DNA of 64,000 nucleotides. Source: Pelagomonas calceolata. Lineage: Eukaryota. The first letter of the stretch is position 1. Every line of letters begins with the position of its first letter. Made by a program: the position numbers and the translations under genes. The stretch spans positions 186,001 to 250,000 of the forward strand of contig CAKKNE010000002.1 of NCBI GenBank assembly GCA_918797485.1, in the 5' to 3' direction. Below, one piece after another: positions 45,502 through 55,053 of this stretch. The notes beneath the pieces are model-generated. The model was not told the DNA's origin and ran no database searches. It was given only the letters and a program-made list of their open reading frames with translations.

Positions 45502-46126
45502 GAGAGCAGAAGGTAGGGCAGCCCCGTGCCATTTTTTTACCCGGGCCATGACTTCTGTGAGGAGTACCAGATCGCCCGACTCCTCACGCACTCGGTGTCC
45601 TCGACGAGGGGGGCACCGGAACTTAAAGTCGCCCCGGCAGTGGCCCGGTCCAACATAAACCCCTGGGACAAGCCTGAGTCACAAGTGCCGGCCCGAGTTC
45701 TAGGCCTGGGTGCAAGTCTGAGGACTTCAAGTTATATCTACAAGTTATGCCTCATAAATAATTCAGCCTGGCTTGAAATCAGTACTCCAAGTTCTCTAAG
45801 TTGAAAAGGACCAAGATTGGAATCAATACCTCGTTGCAAATTTTGATTACAAATATTATTATCTGGCATGATACGATGGTGGTCCGGTCTCTAGTCCCTC
45901 TACTATGGGCCAGTAGCGTAGTACCCTTACGCCGCGCGTGGAACTTGAAGTCGCGCCCGGTGACCCGGTCCAACTCGAATTCAAAAGAAGTTCCTCAAAA
46001 GAGTTCTTCAAGTTCATGATGCGTGGTTGTGGACAAAGCAAAATATTCATCATTGATGCCTGCACTTCTAGCCAGCACTTATACCGGGGAGCTTCGGCAA
46101 AGCTAATTATCATGATTCAAGTTTGC

Positions 46127-47228
46127 CTATTTTATCCAGTAGAAAGTCGTCCAACCCCCATCAACCCTCTGCGGTTCCTCGCGGCCGGCGGACCGCGTCT
46201 TCGTCGAGATGCTTTGGACCTCGCGGCCGACGGCCTTGGCGAACTCGGTCGCTGCTCTTTGCACGCCAAAGGCGCCTTCTTTGAGGAACCCATCTGGAAC
46301 CTGTGTGAAACTCAACCAGTCACGGTGGTCCACCGGCGCCGGGGCCGAGAGAATCGTACTCGCCACTCTCCACGCCATCGAGCAGGCGCAGTGACAGGGA
46401 CGTCGATTCGATTGTCCACGCTTCTGTCGCCTTCTCGAACTCAGATTTGATTTCCGCACAGTCTGGAACGAAGTCGTGGCCAGAGACCAGTCCCCCTTTT
46501 CGCAGCTTCGGGTACCACGCTTTGAGGTCCTCCAAGCAGCCCTCGTACTCGTGCCGGGCGTCCACGTAGACGAAGTCCAGAGTATTGTCGGCGAACTCCC
46601 GGGCCGCGGAGACGCTGTACTTGCGGTGGATCGCAAAACGAGAACCAAACCTACTCAGTGTCCTCTTCACATGCTCTAGATTCTCCGCGTGTTCGGCGTT
46701 TGGGGCATTAGATACGTCCTGGTATTTGCCGCCCGTCGTCTTCGCGTCGACGGCGTCCTGGTGCTCCCACGGGTCGACGAGGTGCAGCACACGCCCCTTC
46801 CATTGTTGTAGAACGTGTTCCGAGAAGTGCGCCCTACGCACGCCAACCTCCACGCCCTCCCCGGTCAGCCCGAGGTCGTTAAGATATCGTGGCAGGTCGG
46901 CCCGACTCTTGAGCGCGACGTGGCAGAGCGAGTGGTCCGTCGTCGCCGCGGCCGCGGCGGGCGCGAACGATCCGTGACCGCGCACGCCGCCGCCGGCTTG
47001 TGGAGGGGCGCGCGGTTCGGCGCCCGTCCCGCTGTGCAGGAGCGCCACGTTCAGCAGGACCGACGCCGCCAGTGCTAGGCAGACAAGGTGGTGGCCGGGC
47101 ACGGGCGTCGGTGCCTTGGGCTTCTCAATCGCTGGACTCCGGTCGAAGGCTGGGGGAAGTCGGAACGCTCGCTGTCGAGCTCTCATGTGGCTGCCCAAGG
47201 TCCGGTTTTCTGCCGTTGGCTCGATCAA
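46127..47228 (-). CDS. Class I SAM methyltransferase (Methyltransf_24-like); exons 47228-46470 and 46300-46127
   Basis: GVEVGV, LHLVDPW, LDFVYVDARHEY, WYPKLRKGGLVSGHDF|VPDG...FGVQRA. Confidence 0.85.
46301..46461 (+). mobile_element. Introner copy 4 (161 bp, diverged)
   Basis: Imperfect TIRs CTGTGTGAAACTCAA / TTGATTTCCGCACAG; perfect TSD TCTGGAAC (46293-46300, 46462-46469); minus-strand GT-AG intron 46469-46301. Confidence 0.92.
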
Positions 47229-48116
47229 TCACATGGTGCTATAGCATCCAGCCTCGGAGACGTGCCAAGCAAACTCGTACTGGGTAGGTTGGTTATTGTA
47301 CCCAGGTTAGCGTTAAGCGCACGGCGCGCGGCCGGCGCAACGGCTGGCGCAGCACCCACGCGGGGCTACCTCGGACGGCCACTGGCCAACTTACCTTGCA
47401 CTGGTAGGCACTTATTCGGCCTGCGTCGCGAGCTAACAAATGTGCCCCCAAATCTGCTCTCCCTGGAGCCTAGGCTCGACTCCCTCCAAGCCGACGTTTA
47501 TCGCGTCCGTATATCTCCGGGCTTTGCGTGCCCCTCGTGCCTGGTCCAGAGCCGGTGCCTGCGCAGCGTGACGGTCGGCGGCCGACGGCTTCGCTTTGTT
47601 TTGCTGGTCGTGGTCGGTCCCGAAGTGCTGCGGGTCATAACCCATTCGGATCGCGGTCTCGGCTGGAATTTAGTGTCGCTCCGGACTCGAGGCATCACTC
47701 GCTAACTTACAATGCACTGGTAGGCACTTATTTGATCTCCTTTGCATTCGGCACCCATTTTACCGCGTTCGGTGCATGGGTTCGAACAGTTGAATGTCTC
47801 ACGGGTAATCCTGGCCGCGGGCAATCTCACCAGCCCATGGGCGTGGGTCACGAGGTCAGTGACGACGCTCTTGCACCCTCGATACGCCTGAAATGAGCAG
47901 ATTCTCGTGCGAAAAGTGGCCCGCAACGCACCGCCGTGGGGCGCTCGCGGTCGGCCAAAACCTCCCCGAGCGCTCAAACCAAGGGCTTTGGGGCGCGGGC
48001 GGGGGTGCGTATAGACGCCTGTGTAATGTACAACCCTGACTGGGCCCCATAAGGCCCCATAAGGCGAGGTGAAGGGGAGGGCACATGTACCTGGGTACAA
48101 TTATAGACCCCCCCGG

Positions 48117-48653
48117 TAGAGAGAGAAACCTACTAGCCCTTCCTACCCTAGATATGTATCTCCCACTCTCTAATATTTGAGTCTATACATCGAGTGTCAA
48201 AAGCACTACGGTGTAACAACAGTTCACTATAAAACACTCTCGCAGTCAGGCCTATCAGCTCTAAGCTGGTTAGCTAGGACCCTGCTACTAACATAACGCT
48301 GCGACATACTCTTGCTAGGTTATGGGCCCACAGGGTTCTGCCTATTGACGTAGAGTGTTTTACAGTGAATGCCTGACTTTGCCTGTGAATAGACTGAGTT
48401 GATACATCCTCTAGTGGAAGCGCATCTAGTGGACGCTCGCGCCCAGGGGGAGTAGAGAGAGAAACCTACTAGCCCTTCCTACCCTAGATATGTATCTCCC
48501 ACTCTCTAATATTTGAGTCTATACATCGAGTGTCAAAAGCACTACGGTGTAACAACAGTTCACTATAAAACACTCTCGCAGTCAGGCCTATCAGCTCTAA
48601 GCTGGTTAGCTAGGACCCTGCTACTAACATAACGCTGCGACATACTCTTGCTA
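48117..48653 (+). mobile_element. TRIM-like non-autonomous LTR retrotransposon
   Basis: Identical 201-bp LTRs (48117-48317, 48453-48653), TSD CCCGG, PBS GGTTATGGGCCCA at 48318, PPT AGGGGGAG before the 3' LTR. Confidence 0.9.
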
Positions 48654-48805
48654 CCCGGTACAAGCGCATACGTACTGTATCTTATAGCTCTACGTATACC
48701 TCGAGGTATTCGCGTATGTGCGTCGACACGTCGACTACTACGCAGCGAAAACAGTAGGTCCTCAGTCGCTAGGATAGATTGGAAGAAACCAGCATATCGA
48801 GCCGG

Positions 48806-49294
48806 ATGGCCGAGGCGACCGCAAGCGCAGAGCGCGCTGACGCCGACGACGAGCCGCCTGCGCTCAATGCGCTGCAGGAGAATATCGCGAGGCGCGGGAA
48901 CAATGCGTATTACTACGCGCACGGCCACCGGAATGACGCGCCCGCGTGGGACGGCGATCCGTCGCCGATGAAGCTCGAGACGACCGCGGCCCCGCCCGAG
49001 CGACGGCGGTGCGCGATCACGCGCTACAGCTGGCTCGACGAGGACACGAAGATCCGGATCTACATCCCCGTGGACGACGAGCGGTTCCAGCGCCCGGACG
49101 CCATCACGCTGACCTGGACCGAGAAGAGCGTCGTGCTCGCGGCCGACCTCGGCGATGAGGTCCACACGTTCGCGGTGCCCGCGCTGTACGACACCATCGT
49201 GGGCGCGTCGCACAGGGTGAAGCCGACGAAAATCGTCGTCACGCTGAAGAAGCCCCCCGACAGCAAATTCAAATGGTACGATCTGAAGAAGTAG
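48806..49294 (+). CDS. CS (p23/CacyBP-like) domain co-chaperone
   Basis: GNNAYYYAH, ITRYSWLDEDTKIRIYIP, KIVVTLKK..KWYDL. Confidence 0.8.
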   Translation: MAEATASAERADADDEPPALNALQENIARRGNNAYYYAHGHRNDAPAWDGDPSPMKLETTAAPPERRRCAITRYSWLDEDTKIRIYIPVDDERFQRPDAITLTWTEKSVVLAADLGDEVHTFAVPALYDTIVGASHRVKPTKIVVTLKKPPDSKFKWYDLKK

Positions 49295-49829
49295 TTCCGT
49301 CCGAGTCTTCCAGAGGACTGGAAGCGCCCAAGTAGGCTGTAGTCGCTTTTAAACTATTGTAGGTACTTGCCGTCTAGACATAGTGACTACATATGATGTT
49401 TTCTTCCTTCATGAGACTAATGTACCGCTAGCGGTACATTAGTGAAACTGATTCGGAAGTGCAACTTTGACTTCAAGCTCAAAATGACGTGGTTGAAGTT
49501 GAATCCCCGAAATAACCCGTGTAACTCCCCTTAATGCAATCTAGTACACACGGGGATACTATGAATCGCATCGCAACAGCCTTGCGCGTCGTTTTCGTCG
49601 GGGTAAGAATTTTAAACCTGGGTTTAAAATCGGCTCAAAAAAATGACACGCGTAAGCGTGTCTGTTTAATCTGCACAATAGCGAGAAAGAAGTAGCGCAA
49701 TCGACGGTTCTCACGGAGCTACACAATCTGGGATATGTCGGTTGATGTACAGGGGTCCGCCCGGGGCTGGTCCGCCGGAGGCGAAGCATGGTGGTCTTTA
49801 GCGCGAGCCAAGCGCTTAAGACTAGCAAA

Positions 49830-51350
49830 TTACATGTACCACTCAAAATCGGCGTCGAGGTCCCGAACGTCGGCGCGCTTCCGGCCGACGAAGTACATCT
49901 CGTCGGGGTGCTCCTCGTTTGGCCACAAGTTCGACCGCCAGTGCAGTACGTCGAAGAAGCGCGCGAGGCGCGTGTAAATCGCCCGCTTGGGCTGAAGCGG
50001 GTGACCGACGTCCCAGAACGGCGTACCCTGCTTCCCCCAGTTACGCTGCGAGATGTCGCGATCGGGAAACCGGAGCGACCTGCCGCGCTCGTAGCGCGCC
50101 CACTGCGAGTCCGCGTACCGGTCCTCGAGGACGAAATAGCCGCCGGGTTTCAGGGCGTTGAACGCGTTCTGGAGCGTCGACAAAGCGTCGCGACAGTGCT
50201 CCAACACGTTGATCATGACGACCAAATCGTAGCCCCCCTGATCACCGAAGGGCCGCGTCGCACCCGTGGTCGCGTCGCGCACGACGACGCCGCCACCCGG
50301 TCGTAAGTCCTCGCCGCCCGCTGGGGCGAACTCGAGTTTGCGGATCACGAACTCGGGCTTGTAGGAAGGGGGTCGGCCAGCCGGGCCGGCCTGGCCGGCC
50401 GGCCTCCGTTTCCCAGCAAGGGTTCGCCGATACGTGTCCGCATTTTTGTAGCTACAAGTAGACACGTCTTGGATGTACGTCTCCAAGAGTGGGTCCGAGA
50501 GCGTCAGGGTGCCAACCGTGGCGCCCGTCGCCGCGAGTAAAGTGCGAGTTTGCGTCCAGGGGCCGCATCCAATTTCGAGCGCGCGCTCGAAGTGGCGCGG
50601 GAAGATCATCGAGTACGCGTCGTACTGGCGCAGGTGCGTCTCGTCCCGGTCCTGGCCGCGGCTTGCAAGCTGCCGCCATGTGGCTGCTTCAAAAGCCTGA
50701 GCCAATCTCCAGCGTCTCTCCTCGACCACGACCGCGCCAGCAGTCGGCGACGCTGCACATTTATCCGTCGACTCCAGCACGCTCCCGCAGGCGCCGCCGC
50801 GCGTTTCCCGCCCGATCGTCGCTCCGCCCCGACTACGACTGCGCTTCTTGTATTGCTCGTCCACGCGCCGAATCGTGGCCTCGCACGCGTCGAGGTGCGC
50901 CGCGGACTCAGCGGTGTTCATGGTGCAGGGAGATCCGTCCGACACATCGCAGCGCCGACCTTGCCATCCGCGCGCGCACACGCACCAACCCAAGTAACAG
51001 CGGCCGTGAGCGCCGCAATCGCCGCTGCCGTCCACGTTGCACGGCCGATCGCTGGCCGCCGCCTCCTGCGCCGCAGCCGGGGTGCTCGCAGCCGGGGTGC
51101 TCGCCTTTGAAGACCCTGTACTCGCCGTCGGCGGCTCGACGCTTACCGTCCATGGCTCAGTCGCCGCCGGCACCGCGCTCTCACCCGTGGACGGGCCACC
51201 GCCGCGCGCCACGGCGCCCATGGCAAGCCCAAGGATGAAAACGAGACCAAGCGCACCCAGCGAGCGCGAGGGCTGCCCGCTCTTGTCGTGGTGATCGTGG
51301 TGGCGCACCTCCCGCTCCTCGCCAGCCTTGCCGGGCCCCAGGCGCTTCAT
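49830..51350 (-). CDS. Type II membrane EGF-like + class I SAM methyltransferase
   Basis: TM; CGAHGRCYLGWCVCARGWQGRRC; ALEIGCGPWTQ; INVLEHCRDA, ALKPGG. Confidence 0.8.
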   Translation of the reverse strand: MKRLGPGKAGEEREVRHHDHHDKSGQPSRSLGALGLVFILGLAMGAVARGGGPSTGESAVPAATEPWTVSVEPPTASTGSSKASTPAASTPAAAQEAAASDRPCNVDGSGDCGAHGRCYLGWCVCARGWQGRRCDVSDGSPCTMNTAESAAHLDACEATIRRVDEQYKKRSRSRGGATIGRETRGGACGSVLESTDKCAASPTAGAVVVEERRWRLAQAFEAATWRQLASRGQDRDETHLRQYDAYSMIFPRHFERALEIGCGPWTQTRTLLAATGATVGTLTLSDPLLETYIQDVSTCSYKNADTYRRTLAGKRRPAGQAGPAGRPPSYKPEFVIRKLEFAPAGGEDLRPGGGVVVRDATTGATRPFGDQGGYDLVVMINVLEHCRDALSTLQNAFNALKPGGYFVLEDRYADSQWARYERGRSLRFPDRDISQRNWGKQGTPFWDVGHPLQPKRAIYTRLARFFDVLHWRSNLWPNEEHPDEMYFVGRKRADVRDLDADFEWYM

Positions 51351-51393
51351 TGGCCGGTCGCCCAGCAACTCGACACGATAAATCTACAAAAGA

Positions 51394-51566
51394 AGAGAGA
51401 GAAACCCTCTAGCCCTTCCACCCTAGATATATGACATTGTATCTCCCACTCTCTAAATTTGAGTCTATACACTGGGTGTCTACCGACGCTACGGTGTAAA
51501 CCAGTTTATAATAAAACACTCTCGTAGTTGGCTTGGCCCAGCCTCTGGCTGGTGAGCTAGGACCCT
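51394..51566 (+). mobile_element. Diverged, truncated solo LTR of the TRIM family
   Basis: AGAGAGAGAAACC..TAGCCCTTCC..GAGTCTATACA..CTACGGTGTAA..AAAACACTCTCG..GCTAGGACCCT colinear with the 48117 LTR. Confidence 0.8.
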
Positions 51567-52400
51567 ATGGATAATTATGATGAAAAGATGGCAACGGTCA
51601 AGCAAGAAATTCAAGATCGAAAGAGTAAGCAAATAGCCTCCGATAACGACCTCGCCAAAGAATTGCAGGAAAGCCAGGAATCAACCAAAGTTGATAAGAA
51701 AGTCGGCTTCCGCACTCCATTCAAGGTTCAAGAGTTAACTTCAAAAGAGCTAAGTGCCCTTTTCTCTGGAAGGAAATGATCTCTAAATGACAAAAACAAA
51801 AATAACTAAACGACAAAACAACCACACCACTAAATGAACAATCACTAAATGACCAACTACTAATTGAATAACTGTCGGTACTGCGGTACCATCAGGATGA
51901 TCCACCTTATTGAAATGTTAAACTTAAATGTTATCCTCCTTGCCGCGATTTCATGATTATCGCAATCCGATCACGATCACGACAATGGGGGAGTGCAATG
52001 GAAATACAAGTCTAGTAGGATCCCAAGGTTCAACTGAGACGCATCCAAGCACAACCCGCCTAGCGTTACCCGCCTAGGCTACTTCCCATCCTAGGGTACT
52101 CCGATATCCCCTTAGTAGGGGGAAGTCGCCTCTCACTCCTAACTATTATCATCCTGAGTCACCTTTAATTGACGGACGTAATTCCCCGTCACAAACCCCA
52201 TCAAACATGGGAGAAACTATTTCGTTAGACGACTACACTACGCTGCCGGGGAAGTCCGGAGCTACACACTCTATTTCCCTATGCATCGCACGGAGTCTCG
52301 GACCGCCAGCGCCAGTGAGTATTCAGCGAGTACTTCATTTGAGCCTATTTATTTACTTCCAGTCGCATTTTCCGCATGGGGTGCGACGCCCGGCATCCGC

Positions 52401-53240
52401 TCACGCGGCGACCTTCGCCGGCATCTTGGCGACGGGGCCGTCGTAGCCGTCGCGCTTGGCGAGGGCGGCGAGCTCGTCGTTGAGCTCCGCGAGCGCGGCG
52501 GCCGGGAGCTCGACCTCCTTGCCCTGCTTGGCGGCGGCGGAGGTCGCGGCGGCCTTGAAGTGCGCCGCGAAGAGGTCCGTGACGAGCGCGGGCTTGGCGT
52601 CCGGGCTCGAGAGGGCGTCGATGGCCTCGGTCAGGGCCTTGGTCTTGACCTCAGGCGACGCGAACTGGCCCGTGACGGCCGCGGCGGCGTCGGCCACGAG
52701 CTTGGCCTGGATGCCCGCCGTCACGAGCTCGTCCTTGGCCACGAGGGTGTCGAGCTTCTTCACGATCGAGTCGCGGACCGCGTGCTGGAGCTCCATGGTC
52801 TTGGCGGCCTTGAGCAGGCCCAGGGCCTCGGCCTGCGCGCCCGAGATGGCCTTGAGCTCGCCCAGCAGCGCCACGCGGCCCGCGTGCGCGTCGACGACCT
52901 CCTTGATCGACGCGATGGCCTCGTCCTCGAGGGCGTTGTGCTGCGCGATGATGGCCTTGCCCTTGGCGTCGAGCATGTCGGCGACGGCCTGGTTGCCGAG
53001 CACGTACGACGCGCCGCAGAACATGGCGAAGACGCCCACGAGCTGGGTCTCCTCGGAGAGCATCAGGACCTCGTTCGAGATGACGGGCACGGCCAGCCAG
53101 ATGCCGAGAGGCAGCTGGTACTGCCACTTGTCCAGGCCCAGATCTTTGAGCACCGAGAGCGAGCGGGCCGCCGGCGCGGCGGCGGGCGCGCGGCGCGCCG
53201 CCCTTGCCAGCCCGGCCGCCGCACGCCTTGCGGCGAGCAT
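52401..53240 (-). CDS. Mitochondrial ATP synthase peripheral-stalk subunit b
   Basis: Arg/Ala-rich mitochondrial presequence; AVPVISNEVLMLSEETQLVGVFAMF two-TM segment followed by a long helix. Confidence 0.7.
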   Translation of the reverse strand: MLAARRAAAGLARAARRAPAAAPAARSLSVLKDLGLDKWQYQLPLGIWLAVPVISNEVLMLSEETQLVGVFAMFCGASYVLGNQAVADMLDAKGKAIIAQHNALEDEAIASIKEVVDAHAGRVALLGELKAISGAQAEALGLLKAAKTMELQHAVRDSIVKKLDTLVAKDELVTAGIQAKLVADAAAAVTGQFASPEVKTKALTEAIDALSSPDAKPALVTDLFAAHFKAAATSAAAKQGKEVELPAAALAELNDELAALAKRDGYDGPVAKMPAKVAA

Positions 53241-53611
53241 CCTCTAGTCTTTTTTCCGGCGCCTACGAGCGGCTGCTGAGGGCGACGGTCCACTGGCGCG
53301 GCTCGAGGCGCGGCTGTTGTGTCCGCGGCGGCGGACTGGGCGCAGCGATTAGCTTTTTACGCTTGGTGGGAGACCGCCACCACCCAACCCGGCTATATGG
53401 ATCCTCCGAGTCCGTGGGATTATCGCTCACAGACTTCTGCTGTGACTTTTTTTTTTTTGGCTATTTTTTTTGGGGGGTATGTTTTAAGCCAAAAAGCCTC
53501 GTCACACGCCCCACAGTCTCGTTAAATCACACGAGCCAAAGGCGTGCACTGGCACCTGGCGATTCGTCACGCTTCCACGTGTGGCCGTCGCACGGACGAG
53601 CTGCGCTGAGC

Positions 53612-54565
53612 ATGACGTCTTGGCTCGTGGTGTTGGCGGCCTTGCTGCGTGTGGCCGCCTGGGCCCCGCCCGCGGCGCGGCGCGCCCCGAGGCGCGTTGC
53701 GCTGCGCGCCGCCGCCACGGAGAAGACCGACGAGTTTACGGTCATCGGCAACGACGGCAAGCGCGTCTCGCTCAGCAAGGGCGAGAAGGAGCGCGTCTTC
53801 ATCGACGCGATCCAGAGCTACTACTTCGACGGGCGCCAGGTGCTGAGCGACGCGGACTTTGACCTCCTCAAGGAGGACCTCGCGTGGGAGGGCTCGGAGT
53901 ACGCGGTGCTGTCAAGGAACGAGACGCGGTTCCTGGGCGCCATGGGCGCGTACTCGCGCGGCGAGGAGCCGATCATGAGCGACGACGAGTTCGACGCGCT
54001 CAAGGCGAGCCTCAAGGCCCAGGGGTCGATCGTCGCGTGTTCGACCGAGCCGCGTTGCTTCCTCGACACGGGCATCTGCTCGGTCGCGTTCTGCGCGGAA
54101 ACCAACCGGTGGGTCGAGGTACCCTGCGAGTTATACGACGTCGCGTCGATGGCGCGGGGCGCTTGAAATTGGCTTTCCGCACAGGTCACGTTCACGCCCG
54201 ACCGCTTCCGCGGCCTCGTGCTCTACCTGCCCGCCATCTCGGTCCTCACGCTGCTCTGGACCGGCGGCACGTACGAGCTCATCTCCGCGAGCCGGGGCCT
54301 CAACCCGCTGATCACGCTCCTCATCGGGTCGCCCCTGATCGTGTCGGTCGCGCAGTACCTCACGGAGCAGGTCCTCTTCAAGGACCCGTTCATCGCCCAG
54401 GGGCCGTGCCCTGACTGCGGCGCCAACAACCGCCTCTTCTTCGGCGACATCCTCGGCGTCGAGGGGTTCCAGGCCGAGGGCGACGTCCAGTGCTCCAACT
54501 GCAAGACGGCGCTCAAAGTGAGCCGCGACACGCTGCGGGTGAGCTGCAAAAAGGCGCTTTTTTAG
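53612..54565 (+). CDS. PGRL1: PGR5-like protein 1; exons 53612-54082 and 54185-54565
   Basis: QSYYFDG..LSDADFDLLKEDLAWEGS, IMSDDEFDALK, PRC, two TMs, GPCPDCG..NRLFFGDILGV, CSNC; signal/transit presequence. Confidence 0.9.
54091..54184 (+). mobile_element. Introner copy 5 (94 bp, short derivative)
   Basis: Degenerate TIRs CTGCGCGGAAACCAA / TTGGCTTTCCGCACAG; TSD GTCGCGTT vs GTCACGTT (7/8); GT-AG intron 54083-54184 restores PGRL1. Confidence 0.88.
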
Positions 54566-55053
54566 GGGTCTGATACTAAACCTGTTTATAAATAATAGGT
54601 GGGGTGGTGGAATGTCGCTTCTGGGAAGCCCGGGGGCGCGGGCCGAAAAGCGAAGCGCTGTGAGGTGGACCTCTGTGTCCTCCCGGGCCGTCCGAGTCCT
54701 CGATTTCTAAGTTATCAGGCTCTTAGGAGCTTGTTCCTTTTCTGAGGTCTTCCTTAATCTATTTATTTGCTTTGCTTAGAGCTAGGCTGCTGTCTATTTA
54801 TTTATTGATTTATTGATTTATTTAGTTATTTATTAGGGCTCCATGCCATAGCTGGAGTGTCGCTTCTGGGAAGCCTGGGGGCGCCCGCGGGCCGAAAAGC
54901 GCCCAGCGCTGATCCGCGAGCGACATGATGGTTATATTCCGAGCGACTTGAAAACAACGCTCCTAGTATCGGGCCCCGGTTCACTATCTAGAGTCAAGAT
55001 CGGCGTGGCGACCGTAGAGATAAACAATAATAATAAAACCACAGGCATTTAAA

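Noticed and set aside
48117..48653. CRISPR array or simple tandem duplication
   Set aside because: Only two long units, with TSD, PBS and PPT; eukaryotic context
51567..51779. 70-aa AT-rich ORF following the solo LTR (also 37280-37486 and 62483-62956)
   Set aside because: No recognisable motif and atypical composition or context; cannot be supported as genes
54608..54912. ~50-bp imperfect direct repeats flanking an AT-rich spacer
   Set aside because: No TSD, PBS or PPT found; treated as a local duplication
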